NCBI GenBank assembly: GCA_019421345.1
Contig: JAHZFL010000003.1
Coordinates: forward strand, 209,799 to 273,798
Length of the DNA: 64,000 nt
Direction: 5' to 3'
Source of the DNA: Roseburia sp.
GTDB lineage: Bacteria; Bacillota; Clostridia; Lachnospirales; Lachnospiraceae
Part shown: in pieces, positions 9,680 through 19,840 of the stretch
How positions within the stretch are numbered: position 1 is the first letter of the stretch
Layout: each line of letters begins with the position of its first letter
Made by a program: the position numbers and the translations under genes
Notes under the pieces: generated by a model
The model's input: the letters and a program-made list of their open reading frames with translations, nothing else
The model's database searches: none
Told to the model about the DNA's origin: nothing

Positions 9680-10972
9680 TTACTGCTCAAACCGCACGCG
9701 AATCGAATTTGCATGCGCCGTAAGTCTCTCACATTCCGCAAATTGTATAATATCCTTGGAAACTGCTTCCAATGCCTCTCTGGAATACGAAATGATACTC
9801 GACTTTTTTATAAAGTCGTCTACGCCAAGCGGCGAAAAGAATTTCGCCGTGCCGTTTGTCGGAAGGACGTGATTTGGTCCCGCCAAATAATCGCCAAGCG
9901 GCTCGCTTGCATATTCTCCAAGAAAAATCGCCCCGGCATGACGGATTTTTGTCATCACCTCAAACGGGTTTTTCGTGAGGATTTCCAGATGCTCCGAGGC
10001 AATTTCATTTGCTGCCGCGATCGCTGCCTCCATCGTGTCCGCCACAAAAATGCAGCCGTAATTTTCCAGTGAGCGCTCGATGATTTCCCTTCTTGGGAGC
10101 GTTTGTGCAAGCGTATGGACCTCCTTTGCGACCTCTCCTGCAAGCGTTTCGCTCGTGGTAATGAGAATGGCAGACGCCATCTCGTCATGCTCTGCCTGTG
10201 AGAGCAGATCGGCTGCCGCAAACCGCGGGTTTGCAGTCTCATCCGCAAGCACCAGAATTTCGCTCGGCCCTGCGATCGAATCAATGCTCACATGCCCAAA
10301 GACTGCTTTTTTTGCGAGCGCGACATAAATATTGCCGGGTCCCACAATTTTATCGACCTTTGGGATCGTCTCCGTTCCAAAGGCAAGCGCGCCGATCGCC
10401 TGTGCGCCGCCTGCTTTATAGATTTGATCCACGCCCGCCTCTTTTGCCGCAACAAGCGTGAACGGAGCGATTTTTCCGTCTGCCCCCGGCGGAGTTGTCA
10501 TCACGATCCGCCCTACGCCTGCGACCTTTGCCGGAATCACGTTCATAAACACCGAGGAAGGGTAGGCTGCCTTTCCGCCCGGCACATACACGCCGACGGC
10601 ATCGAGCGCCGTGAGCTTTTGTCCCAGGATCACACCGTCTGCGGATGAATCAAACCACGAGGTCTTAAGCTGCTTTTCATGATAGGCACGAATGTTTTTG
10701 AGCGCTCTTTGCATGACGCAAAGAAGCCCCTGATCTACCTGTGCATAAGCCTCCCGGATCTCCTCCTCTGTCACGGCAAGCTGCTCTTTGGTAAGAGACG
10801 CTCCGTCGTATTGATTGGTATAGGCGATCACGGCAGCGTCCCCTCTCTCTCTTACGGCAAGAAGAATCTCGCTCACCTGTTTTTCAAACGCGCCGTAGGC
10901 GTTTGGACTGCGTTTTGAGAGCGTTTCAGACAGGCTGCTTCTTGTCTCCTCTGTTAATCTTAAAATTTTCAT
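9680..10972 (-). CDS. hisD: Histidinol dehydrogenase
   Basis: 430 aa. Motifs GVYVPGGKAAYPSSVFMNVIPAKVAGV, IAGPSEILVLAD, SQAEHD and GDYLAGPNHVLPT. Confidence 0.9.
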   Translation of the reverse strand: MKILRLTEETRSSLSETLSKRSPNAYGAFEKQVSEILLAVRERGDAAVIAYTNQYDGASLTKEQLAVTEEEIREAYAQVDQGLLCVMQRALKNIRAYHEKQLKTSWFDSSADGVILGQKLTALDAVGVYVPGGKAAYPSSVFMNVIPAKVAGVGRIVMTTPPGADGKIAPFTLVAAKEAGVDQIYKAGGAQAIGALAFGTETIPKVDKIVGPGNIYVALAKKAVFGHVSIDSIAGPSEILVLADETANPRFAAADLLSQAEHDEMASAILITTSETLAGEVAKEVHTLAQTLPRREIIERSLENYGCIFVADTMEAAIAAANEIASEHLEILTKNPFEVMTKIRHAGAIFLGEYASEPLGDYLAGPNHVLPTNGTAKFFSPLGVDDFIKKSSIISYSREALEAVSKDIIQFAECERLTAHANSIRVRFEQ

Positions 10973-11625
10973 GTCTGCTCCTCCATGACCGTTTTCAGAT
11001 CAGAAATAATTTTTGTGATACGCACATGCTCCATCTTCATACTGACCTGATTGACGATCAGACGCGCGGAGAGCGGGCATACCTCCTCCAACACGAAAAG
11101 ACCGTTTTCCCGCAGCGTGGAGCCGGTCTCCACAATATCGCAGATGACCTCCGAAAGCCCCACGATCGGCGCAAGCTCGATCGAGCCGTTCAGCTTGATG
11201 ATCTCTACCGTCTGGTGCTTTTTCTCCCAAAAATATTCTTTCGCAATCTGCGGATATTTTGTTGCCACGCGGATCAGGCGATGATTATTCAGCAGCTCCT
11301 GTGCACTTTTCGGCCCGCAGATACACATACGGCATTTACCGAAACCAAGATCCAGCACCTCGTAAACGTTTCGGCGTTCCTCTAAAATCGTGTCCTTTCC
11401 GACCACACCGATGTCTGCCGCCCCGTATTCCACATAAGTAGGTACATCCGGTCCTTTTGCAAGAAAAAATTTAAGCATTAATGCTTCATTTACAAAGATC
11501 AGTCTGCGCGTATCGTTATCGTCGATCGCTTCGCAGGTAATTCCGATCCGCTCAAGCAGCGCAAGGGTCTGCCGTGCCAGTCTGCCCTTTCCGAGTGCAA
11601 ACGTAAGGTATCTTTTATCCTCCAT
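10969..11625 (-). CDS. hisG: ATP phosphoribosyltransferase, short form
   Basis: 218 aa. Motifs LTFALGKGRLA, DVPTYVEYGAADIGVVGKD and DIVETGSTLRENGL. 4-nt overlap with hisD. Confidence 0.9.
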   Translation of the reverse strand: MEDKRYLTFALGKGRLARQTLALLERIGITCEAIDDNDTRRLIFVNEALMLKFFLAKGPDVPTYVEYGAADIGVVGKDTILEERRNVYEVLDLGFGKCRMCICGPKSAQELLNNHRLIRVATKYPQIAKEYFWEKKHQTVEIIKLNGSIELAPIVGLSEVICDIVETGSTLRENGLFVLEEVCPLSARLIVNQVSMKMEHVRITKIISDLKTVMEEQT

Positions 11626-11637
11626 CTCCGCCTCCGT

Positions 11638-12834
11638 TCAATCGTCTGTACACGATAAAAACAATAGTTTCATCCCGCGCTTTTGCGCGTAAGCAAGCAG
11701 AGCATCTGCTTCAGCGCCATCGGGTATCGGTGCAAGCGCAACCGATGATCCCTGCCCGCGCAGTCTCTTAGCCTCTCTAATTGCCTGCGCACATCTTGAC
11801 GGCTCATAGACTAGGAGAATCGTCTCTCTGCGCAGCGGTATGTCAACACCCTGACGTAAAAGCGCGTCCATCAGGCGGTCAATGATAACGGCAAAGCCAA
11901 TCGCAGCCGCCTCCTTGCCAAAGCAGGAAAGCAGCCTGTCGTAGCGTCCGCCTCTTAAGACAGGCGCGCCGCTGCCAAGCGTATAGCCCGTAAATATGAT
12001 CCCAGTGTAATAACGATAATCGCTGACGCTTCCAAGATCAAAGGAAACATAGTCTGTAATATCATAGACCTTTAATAGCTCATGCAGCTCAAACAGGTAG
12101 TCCACCACTCGTTTGATCCTCGGATAGTTTGCGGCGTGGCTGCGTGCCGCAGCCAGACCGTCTTCATTTGCATGAAAATTGCCGAGCAATCCGAACAGGG
12201 CGTTTAAGTGAGGTTCAAGCTGCAACGGCTTAAAAATCGCCTCCACGCCAAAAAAATTTTTATTGGAGAGGGACGTCAAAAGCTGACTCGTCTGTTCCTC
12301 CCCAAGCCCCGCCGCCTCTGCCAATGCATGAATAAAATCCGCGTGCCCGACACTGATAAAGAATTCCTTTAACCCGGCTGCCTGAAAACAGGCAACCGCC
12401 ATCGCAAGCAGCTCTGCATCCGCAGATGCGGAGGAGTCGCCGATCAGCTCTGCACCAAGCTGCGTACACTCTTTCAGTCGTCCCTGATAACTGCTGTTAT
12501 TGATGAAAATATTACCCATGTAGCAAAGCCGCAGCGGGAGGTACTCTCCGCTGTAATATTTTGCCGCGCAGCGCGCGACCGATGGCGTCATATCAGGCCG
12601 CAGCACAAGCGTATTGCCCTCGCGGTCAAAAAATTTATACAGATTTTGGGCGGGCGTTGTGCCGATTTCATGACTGAACATATCGAAAAACTCAAAGGTA
12701 GGCGTTTGGATCGGACGATAGCCATAGCGTATCATGATCTGATGCAGCGTGTCCTCAAGCGCTAGCTTTTTTTCACATTCTTCGTCACAAATATCTCTGA
12801 CACCCTCTGGCGTGTGAAGCAACTGTCTGTTCAT
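11638..12834 (-). CDS. hisZ: ATP phosphoribosyltransferase regulatory subunit (HisRS paralogue)
   Basis: 398 aa. HisRS-like core (TPEGVRD, LRPDMTPSVAR, LCYMGNIF, GGRYD) with no anticodon-binding domain. Sits directly upstream of short-form hisG. Confidence 0.85.
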   Translation of the reverse strand: MNRQLLHTPEGVRDICDEECEKKLALEDTLHQIMIRYGYRPIQTPTFEFFDMFSHEIGTTPAQNLYKFFDREGNTLVLRPDMTPSVARCAAKYYSGEYLPLRLCYMGNIFINNSSYQGRLKECTQLGAELIGDSSASADAELLAMAVACFQAAGLKEFFISVGHADFIHALAEAAGLGEEQTSQLLTSLSNKNFFGVEAIFKPLQLEPHLNALFGLLGNFHANEDGLAAARSHAANYPRIKRVVDYLFELHELLKVYDITDYVSFDLGSVSDYRYYTGIIFTGYTLGSGAPVLRGGRYDRLLSCFGKEAAAIGFAVIIDRLMDALLRQGVDIPLRRETILLVYEPSRCAQAIREAKRLRGQGSSVALAPIPDGAEADALLAYAQKRGMKLLFLSCTDD

Positions 12835-12949
12835 CCTCCGCTCCTTTCCGCTGTTTTCCTGAAACCGAGATCCGATACTTTAGTATGCTAATCTGGTATC
12901 ATATTAGCGAATGAAATTTTATTTATTATAAAAAAGAAACAGCCGATTG

Positions 12950-13483
12950 TCAATCCCTCGTCAATAAATCTTTTTGCAGCGCGTCCAGATAGGGAACAAG
13001 TACGCCGCGGCTTTTTCCGAGGAAAAAATCAGCTTCCAGCTCCTCATAGCGGAAGCTTTTGCGACCGCCCGCTCTCGCCCTGTCCCAAAACTCCAAAAAC
13101 TTTGCGAGACGCAGATAATAAAATACATCGCGTTTCGTATAGCTGATCAGAAAAAACCCGATCCCCCCCTGCTTTTCAAAATTTTCCATAAACGCAACCT
13201 GATGCTCATGGATATTTTGAAGTGGAAACGTATCGGTATTGCATTCCTTTGCATCAAAGCAGACAGGAATCCCCTGCACGGCGCCGATATAATCGACGGT
13301 ACTCTTTTGATCGAAATATGCCAGCGTGATATGACGCGTCTCCTTATCAATTCTAATCGGCGTGATCGGTGTCGGAACCTTTTGGATCAGTGCCAGTCCG
13401 TTCGCCAGATAGGTCTCATTTGTCCGGTTAATAAATTCCTCTAAGGTTGAGCCTCTTAAGCCCCGTGAATTCCATGTTGCCAT
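12950..13483 (-). CDS. recU: Holliday junction resolvase RecU
   Basis: 177 aa. Motifs GSTLEEFINRTNETY, IQKVPTPITPI, STVDYIGAVQGIPVCFDAKE. Confidence 0.85.
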   Translation of the reverse strand: MATWNSRGLRGSTLEEFINRTNETYLANGLALIQKVPTPITPIRIDKETRHITLAYFDQKSTVDYIGAVQGIPVCFDAKECNTDTFPLQNIHEHQVAFMENFEKQGGIGFFLISYTKRDVFYYLRLAKFLEFWDRARAGGRKSFRYEELEADFFLGKSRGVLVPYLDALQKDLLTRD

Positions 13484-13507
13484 ATACCTATGCTTCTCCT
13501 GCGTACT

Positions 13508-14767
13508 TTAAAAATTTTCCATCAGGCTGCATGGCTTTTTATAAAATACCCTGCCAAGCTTTTCAAAGGAAGCTGTATCGGGCGCGCCCTTGCCCTCCCA
13601 CACAAGCTGCCTGCAAAAAGACATCGTCTCCGTCTCAAACGCGCCGATGATAAATCTTGAAAAATCCTGAATCGTCATCGAAAGCTGCGCCTTTTCCTCC
13701 GCAGGCAGACGCTTGACGCACACTGCCCTGTTCTGCTCAAAGCGCACGGAAAAAACACCGTTATTTTCCTGAATCTGTTCATCCAAGATCCGAAGCGTGA
13801 GTTCTCCGCTTCCCCGATAGCGTGCAAGCTCCAGCGCCTTTTGTACATGGATCACGCGCATCATCCCTATATTTCTGCGCGTTCTCGTGCAGGCATTGAG
13901 GGAAAGCTCCGGGATCAGGGGCTCGATCTCGCAGTCCTCCGGCAGCGAAAAGCGAACGGCGGTGTAATCGCTCGCAAAGCCCCTCATTAAGGTAAGAATA
14001 CCAAGCAGACCGCAGACATCGGTAAAGAGAAGCCTTGTTGCCGCGATCACTTTTCCGCCTGGAGTATCCTCACTGTGGAAGGTCAGATAAGCCGCGGGCG
14101 TGCCGTCCTCCTTATAATAAAGATAAGTATAAGAACAGGTCTGATAGGGATTTGCCTCTGTGATAAAGCGATATTCCCATTCCTCGCCGCAGACCATCAA
14201 ATTGTAGCGCTTCTGCCAGACCTTATCGATTCGTCTGACATCCGCCAGCAAGTCCATTCTGTTGGAGGCATCCACGAGGACACAGTGTCCGCGCGCGTTG
14301 CCGGCAGGGAGAAAGGAAAGATTCCATTCATAGACGGATACCTGCGGACTCATCTCATAGCCAAATTTCCGGTAATATTCCGTAGAAAACGGATAAAGAC
14401 AGGAAAAAACAACATCCTCCTGATAAAGCTCCGGCAGCATTTTGTGAAAGCAGGCGCGTATACCGCCCCGTCTGCGATATTGCGGCAGCGTAGATACGCC
14501 CCCGATGCCTGCCATCACAACGGTGTGACCGTCAAAGTGCATCGGATAGCGGATGACAGAAAGACAGCTCATCATCGTCTGATCATCATCTTCCAATGCC
14601 GCATATTTATCGAGCGGGCAGACGTCCTCCCTCGTTTTTGGATTTTTACAGACATCCTCATAAATGGCAAGCGGCGCTTTCTCATTTTCATATACGGTGT
14701 GAAAGGCTGCTGCAAATAATTCCTTCGTTCTTTTTAATTCCTCCGGACGTATTTTTCGCACGATCAT
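13508..14767 (-). CDS. GNAT N-acetyltransferase, Eis-like (GNAT + SCP2-type C-domain architecture)
   Basis: 419 aa. Acetyl-CoA-binding-like QYRRRGGIRACF, and a length and layout typical of Eis-family enzymes. Confidence 0.6.
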   Translation of the reverse strand: MIVRKIRPEELKRTKELFAAAFHTVYENEKAPLAIYEDVCKNPKTREDVCPLDKYAALEDDDQTMMSCLSVIRYPMHFDGHTVVMAGIGGVSTLPQYRRRGGIRACFHKMLPELYQEDVVFSCLYPFSTEYYRKFGYEMSPQVSVYEWNLSFLPAGNARGHCVLVDASNRMDLLADVRRIDKVWQKRYNLMVCGEEWEYRFITEANPYQTCSYTYLYYKEDGTPAAYLTFHSEDTPGGKVIAATRLLFTDVCGLLGILTLMRGFASDYTAVRFSLPEDCEIEPLIPELSLNACTRTRRNIGMMRVIHVQKALELARYRGSGELTLRILDEQIQENNGVFSVRFEQNRAVCVKRLPAEEKAQLSMTIQDFSRFIIGAFETETMSFCRQLVWEGKGAPDTASFEKLGRVFYKKPCSLMENF

Positions 14768-14929
14768 GGTGTTCCTCCATTCCTGATACTGATCTCATTT
14801 TATTTTGCTATAAATCAGTATAAGGCTGTGGGAGGGTTTTCGCAACCGTCATATTTATTTGAGGAAAAACTTTGTCAAAGCATTGGTTGTATGGTATACT
14901 ATTCAGAAACAGAAGGGAGGTACCGTGGA

Positions 14930-15301
14930 ATGGTCATGAATGAATCTACCGAGAATTACTTGGAGACGATTTTAGTATTAAATCACAGACTGGGCAATGT
15001 TCGCTCTGTCGATATTGCAAATGAGATGAATTTCAAAAAACCGAGTGTGAGCGTTGCCATGAAGAATTTGCGTGAAAACGGTTATATCACCGTCAGTCCG
15101 GAGGGTTATATCCACCTGACTGCCTCCGGACTTGAGGTTGCAGAAAAGATTTATGAGAGACATACGATCCTTTCCGGCTGGCTGATGATGCTTGGGGTAG
15201 ACCCGCGCGTCGCTGCGGAGGACGCCTGCAAGATCGAGCATGACGTCAGCACAGAGAGCTTTGAGGCGATCAAGCGTCATATTAATGCCGGGAAGCCATA
15301 G
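14930..15301 (+). CDS. DtxR/MntR-family metal-dependent transcriptional regulator
   Basis: The ORF was trimmed to the ATG at 14930, preceded by GAAGGGAGG. Sequence ENYLETILVL...VRSVDIANEMNFKKPSVSVAMKNLRENGYI has a DtxR-type wHTH. The short form (~123 aa) resembles MntR. Confidence 0.7.
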   Translation: MVMNESTENYLETILVLNHRLGNVRSVDIANEMNFKKPSVSVAMKNLRENGYITVSPEGYIHLTASGLEVAEKIYERHTILSGWLMMLGVDPRVAAEDACKIEHDVSTESFEAIKRHINAGKP

Positions 15302-16268
15302 GAGCTACATAATTCCAGAAACGCTCAAATTCCGCGCCGCAGGGCGCGGTTATTTTTTTGCCGTCACAAAATACCATACAGTAAGCATGAAGGAGCTGAG
15401 AATGGATCGAAGCTTCCTTTCCAAGCTTTGCATTTAATCCGCGGTCTCCATATTTACTGTCCCCGATGATCGGATGACCAATGGATGCCAGATGCGCCCG
15501 AATCTGATGAGAACGTCCGGTGATCAGATGAACCTCAAGTTCGGTATAGCCCTCTGCTATTTTCACCGGCAGGTATTCCGTCTCAATCGGCAGAATGCGC
15601 GCGCCATCCTCATGCGCCGGCATTGTCTTAAAAATCTGAACCTGATTTTTGACCTCATCCTTCCAAAGCCAGCCCTTTAAGTGAGAACTCTCCCTTAACT
15701 CTCCCTTAATGATACAGCGGTAATATTTTTGAACCGTACGTTCTTTAAATGCCAAAGAAAGTTCCTGAAGTCCCTTTAAGGTTTTTCCGGCAGTCAATAG
15801 ACCTGAAGTATTCCGGTCGAGGCGGTTGCAGATCGAGGGTTGAAAGGTGGCAAGCATCTCCTCTGTGAGAGCCCCCTCACGCAACAGGTAACCTAAGATA
15901 TGCTCATTTGCCGAAATATCGGAAGGAGACGCCTTTTGCGAGAGCAATCCTGACGGCTTATTGACGATCAAAATATCATCATCCTCATAAATAACCGGAA
16001 GGGGCTTTAACCTCCGAAGCATCTCGTATGCTTCGGAAGATTTTTTCTTTTCTGCAAACTTCAAAAACGTCTCCTCCGAGAGAAACAGCATAACGTCGTC
16101 GCCCACAGAGAGCTGCTCGGCGCCGGACGCCTTTTTCCCGTTTAAGGTAATATTCTTTTTTCTCAACATCTTATAGATGAAGCCGGAAGGCGCCTGTGCC
16201 AGAAGCTTTTTTAAATATTTGTCTAAGCGCTGCCCCGCCTCGTTTCCGTTAATCTGAAATTCCCGCAT
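15282..16268 (-). CDS. RluA-family pseudouridine synthase with N-terminal S4 domain
   Basis: 328 aa. Motifs IVNKPSGLLSQ, HRLDRNTSGLL-like (NRLDRNTSGLLTAG) and GRSHQIRAHL. Confidence 0.8.
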   Translation of the reverse strand: MREFQINGNEAGQRLDKYLKKLLAQAPSGFIYKMLRKKNITLNGKKASGAEQLSVGDDVMLFLSEETFLKFAEKKKSSEAYEMLRRLKPLPVIYEDDDILIVNKPSGLLSQKASPSDISANEHILGYLLREGALTEEMLATFQPSICNRLDRNTSGLLTAGKTLKGLQELSLAFKERTVQKYYRCIIKGELRESSHLKGWLWKDEVKNQVQIFKTMPAHEDGARILPIETEYLPVKIAEGYTELEVHLITGRSHQIRAHLASIGHPIIGDSKYGDRGLNAKLGKEASIHSQLLHAYCMVFCDGKKITAPCGAEFERFWNYVAPMASRH

Positions 16269-16273
16269 CTCTC

Positions 16274-18211
16274 CTATTTTCCTGCTTTCTTTTTGTGTAC
16301 ATGACGGATCGTCTTTTTCTTTCCGCTGTTTCTTTGCTTAACGGACGGTGCGAAATTCCGTTCCCGCCCTCCGCCGTTTGGCGTGTTTTTACCTTTTTTA
16401 TCGATGCCTTGTGCGCCTCTTGGACGAACAAGACATTTTTTGTCAAAGCCGATCAGATCGGTACGTCCCGCCTTTGTCAATGCCTCCACGACAAGCTCAT
16501 AATTCTTCGGATTGCGGTACTGGATCAAGGCGCGCTGCATTGCCTTTTCATGTGGATTGACCGCCACATAGACGGGCTGTAAGGTCTTTGGATCAAGCCC
16601 TGTATAGTACATACAGGTTGAGATTGTGGAAGGCGTCGGATAAAAATCCTGCACCTGCTCCGGCATATAGCCGAGGTCCCTTAAAAATTCCGCCAACTCC
16701 ACTGCCTCCTTTAAGGTAGAACCCGGATGTGAGGACATTAAGTATGGAACGAGATACTGCTTTTTGCCGATCGTTTGATTCATGTCCTTATATGCTTTCG
16801 TGAACCTCTTGTAAACCTCAACGGGAGGCTTCCCCATTTTTTCCAGGACTTCGTTTGAGATATGCTCCGGCGCAACCTTAAGCTGACCGCTGACATGATG
16901 CTCGCAGAGCTCACGCAAAAAGGTGCGATCCTCATCATAGATGAGATAGTCAAAGCGAATCCCCGAGCGGATAAAGACCTTCTTCACGTTCGGTAGTTCA
17001 CGCAGCTTTCTAAGGAGCTTCAAGTAATCTTTATGATCTACTTTAAGGTTCTTACAAGGTGTTGGGAACAGACACTGCTTCCGGGGGCAGACGCCCTTGG
17101 TAAGCTGCTTGTCGCAGGACGGCGCACGGAAATTTGCCGTTGGGCCGCCGACGTCATGGATATAGCCTTTAAAGTCCGGCTCCCACACCATTTGGTTCGC
17201 CTCCGCAAGAATCGATTCATGGCTTCTCGTCTGAATAATCCGTCCCTGATGAAAGGTCAGCGCACAAAAGCTGCAGCCGCCATAACAGCCGCGGTTATTC
17301 ACGAGGGAAAAACGCACCTCGGAAATGGCGGGCACACCGCCCGCCTCCTCATAAACCGGGTGATAGGTGCGCTGATACGGCAGAGCGTAGACAAAATCCA
17401 TCTCATTTTGGCTAAGCGGCTTTGCCGGAGGATTCTGCACGAGAAAGAGCTTTTCATCATAAGTCTCAAACAGACGCTTTCCCACAAACGGATCGGTATT
17501 GCAGTACTGTGTATAAAAGCTTTTGGCGTATTCCCGCTTGTCTGCCAAAAGCGCCTCATAATGCGGCAGCTCAATGGCGTCGTAAATGTCCTCACGCTTT
17601 CTTGTCTTATAGACGGTTCCGTCGATAAATGTGATGTCTTGCACCGACAGTCCGCTGTTTAAAGCGTCCGCAATCTCTATGATGCTGTGCTCCCCCATTC
17701 CATAAGAAATAAGATCGGCCCCCGAATCAAGCAGAATGGAGCGCTTTAGCTTATTGGACCAGTAATCGTAATGCGCCAGCCGACGCAGACTCGCCTCGAT
17801 CCCTCCAAGGATGATCGGTGTCTGCTTATAAATCTGACGGATCAGATTACAATAAACGATAGTCGCATAATCCGGGCGCTTTCCCATCACACCGCCCGGT
17901 GTAAACGCATCTGTCTGCCGTCTTTTTTTCGATACGGAATAATGGTTTACCATCGAATCCATATTTCCGGCGGACACCAAAAAGCCAAGACGCGGCTCTC
18001 CCAGAATACTGATGGATTCCGACGTTCTAAAATCAGGCTGGGCGATGATGCCGACCGTATAGCCATGCGCCTGCAGAAGTCTTGAGATAATAGCATGTCC
18101 AAAGGAGGGATGATCAACATAAGCGTCTCCCGATACATAGACAAAATCAAGCTGCGCGATCCCCTGCGCCTCCATATCCGCTCTGCTGATCGGCAAAAAT
18201 CCGTTACTCAT
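16274..18211 (-). CDS. ygiQ: YgiQ-family (UPF0313) radical SAM protein
   Basis: 645 aa. N-terminus FLPISRADMEAQGIAQLDFVYVSGDAYVDHPSFG. Cluster motif CYGGCSFC (CxxxCxxC). Lys/Arg-rich C-terminal tail. Confidence 0.8.
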   Translation of the reverse strand: MSNGFLPISRADMEAQGIAQLDFVYVSGDAYVDHPSFGHAIISRLLQAHGYTVGIIAQPDFRTSESISILGEPRLGFLVSAGNMDSMVNHYSVSKKRRQTDAFTPGGVMGKRPDYATIVYCNLIRQIYKQTPIILGGIEASLRRLAHYDYWSNKLKRSILLDSGADLISYGMGEHSIIEIADALNSGLSVQDITFIDGTVYKTRKREDIYDAIELPHYEALLADKREYAKSFYTQYCNTDPFVGKRLFETYDEKLFLVQNPPAKPLSQNEMDFVYALPYQRTYHPVYEEAGGVPAISEVRFSLVNNRGCYGGCSFCALTFHQGRIIQTRSHESILAEANQMVWEPDFKGYIHDVGGPTANFRAPSCDKQLTKGVCPRKQCLFPTPCKNLKVDHKDYLKLLRKLRELPNVKKVFIRSGIRFDYLIYDEDRTFLRELCEHHVSGQLKVAPEHISNEVLEKMGKPPVEVYKRFTKAYKDMNQTIGKKQYLVPYLMSSHPGSTLKEAVELAEFLRDLGYMPEQVQDFYPTPSTISTCMYYTGLDPKTLQPVYVAVNPHEKAMQRALIQYRNPKNYELVVEALTKAGRTDLIGFDKKCLVRPRGAQGIDKKGKNTPNGGGRERNFAPSVKQRNSGKKKTIRHVHKKKAGK

Positions 18212-18956
18212 CTGCTTCCTCCCATTTCCCGTTTTTTAACATCGTAATTTCTTCCTCTGTCAGAGCGCGGTATGCACCCGGACGCAGCTTTTCGTCCAGC
18301 CTAAGCGGTCCCATAGACAGACGCTTTAGGTAGAGAACCTCCTTGCCGGCTGCCGCAAACATCCGCTTTACCTGATGAAATTTCCCCTCCGTAATCGTCA
18401 GCAAAATTTCAGAAGCAGACGCAGCTTCTTCTTCCTGCGCAGACGTATTTAAAATCACAAGCGCTGCCGGCTTTGTCAGCTTCTTTCCCCCAATGTCAAT
18501 GCCATTTTCAAAAAGGTTGACATCCGAATCCGTGACAATGCCGCGCACCCGCGCAAAATAAGTTTTCGCCACATGTCTTGCCGGACTTAACAGCTCATGC
18601 GCCAGAGCGCCGTCGTTCGTGATCAAAAGCAGCCCTTCCGTATCAATGTCAAGTCGCCCGACCGGGAAAAGATCGCTTCTGATCGTATCTGTCAGGTAAT
18701 CCATCACCGTTTTATGGTCACGATCTTCCGTTGCACAGACGCAGCCTGCCGGCTTATGAAAAAGATAGTATTCAAACGCTGCATACTGCACGCGCTCGCC
18801 ACGCAGACATACGGCGTCTTCTTCGTCAACCTTAGCTTCCGGACGGGTAACGATCACACCATTGACGGTAATCTGCTTTGCCCTTACCAATTTCTTTACC
18901 TCACTGCGCGTACCAATGCCCGCCTCTGTGAGATATTTATCCAAACGAAGCGTCAT
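18204..18956 (-). CDS. RsuA/RluB-family pseudouridine synthase with S4 domain
   Basis: Start set at MTLRLDKYL (ATG 18956, GGGAGG upstream). Motifs GRLDIDTEGLLLITNDG and KFHQVKRMF. Overlaps the ygiQ start by 8 nt. Confidence 0.8.
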   Translation of the reverse strand: MTLRLDKYLTEAGIGTRSEVKKLVRAKQITVNGVIVTRPEAKVDEEDAVCLRGERVQYAAFEYYLFHKPAGCVCATEDRDHKTVMDYLTDTIRSDLFPVGRLDIDTEGLLLITNDGALAHELLSPARHVAKTYFARVRGIVTDSDVNLFENGIDIGGKKLTKPAALVILNTSAQEEEAASASEILLTITEGKFHQVKRMFAAAGKEVLYLKRLSMGPLRLDEKLRPGAYRALTEEEITMLKNGKWEEADE

Positions 18957-18983
18957 CCTCCTGCCTCCCATTTTCTTTTTCTC

Positions 18984-19832
18984 TTAGCTTTCTCTCTGTC
19001 CGTTCCATTCTGATTTTTCATACAGATACTGCACCATCGGATAGGAATTGATGGAAAATTCCGTGCCATTTTCATCGTTTAAATAAATACCAAGATGCAG
19101 ATGCACGTCAAACATTCCTGTCGTTCCCGGTGTGTCGCTGTATCCGGTATCGCCCATAAAACCAAGAAACGTGCCTGCCTCCACACGCTCTCCAAGCTCA
19201 AATTCACGCGCATACTCCGCAAGATGCGCATAATAAAAATAAGCGCCTGAATCACTGCGGACGCCGATCCGGTATCCGCCGAGACGCAGCCACCCGATAT
19301 TTTCAATCGTTCCGCCTGTCATGCTGTAAATGGGATAGATACCGCGCTCATTGACAGATGCCATAATATCACATCCCTCATGCCCACGATCCCCGCCAAA
19401 CGTCCGGCTCTGCATCCAGCTATCGGCAAAGGAAACCTCTGCGTCCGGCAGGGACGCAATCTTACCTACCGGAAATTGCTCCAGATCGTTCCATGCAGCA
19501 TACACATAACGGTAAATTTTTTCAAAATCTTCTTTTTTATATTTTTTCACAAATGCAATATCCTCACGCAGGATCTTCACATCGGAAACGGCGCCGTCTG
19601 CGGCGAAATACATCGTCAGCAGCTCTGCAAGCTGCGACGTGTTTTCGGATTCCTCGAAAAAATCATCTAAAAGCTCGAAAGGAATCTGATGATCGCGCAG
19701 ATTGCGCCATGCCGTCTCGTAAGAAAAGCAATTTATCTGAAGTACCCTCTCTGCGATATGTCCAAGCAATAGAACATTACACAGAACTGCCATACTAAAC
19801 AAAAGTAAAATGCGGATGCTTCTTAAATTCAT
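18984..19832 (-). CDS. M23-family metallopeptidase, membrane anchored
   Basis: 282 aa. N-terminal TM helix. HEGCDIM and DVHLHLGIY are the M23 HxxxD / HxH zinc motifs. Confidence 0.75.
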   Translation of the reverse strand: MNLRSIRILLLFSMAVLCNVLLLGHIAERVLQINCFSYETAWRNLRDHQIPFELLDDFFEESENTSQLAELLTMYFAADGAVSDVKILREDIAFVKKYKKEDFEKIYRYVYAAWNDLEQFPVGKIASLPDAEVSFADSWMQSRTFGGDRGHEGCDIMASVNERGIYPIYSMTGGTIENIGWLRLGGYRIGVRSDSGAYFYYAHLAEYAREFELGERVEAGTFLGFMGDTGYSDTPGTTGMFDVHLHLGIYLNDENGTEFSINSYPMVQYLYEKSEWNGQRES

Positions 19833-19840
19833 ATGCCCTC

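Noticed and set aside
12835-12949. Possible T-box or attenuator leader upstream of hisZ
   Set aside because: There are only about 115 nt of spacer. There is no T-box consensus, no His-codon-rich leader peptide and no terminator/antiterminator pair.
14075-14719. 214-aa plus-strand ORF
   Set aside because: It is an antisense shadow of the GNAT/Eis-like gene, with no motif and no RBS.
17033-17662. 209-aa plus-strand ORF
   Set aside because: It is an antisense shadow inside ygiQ.
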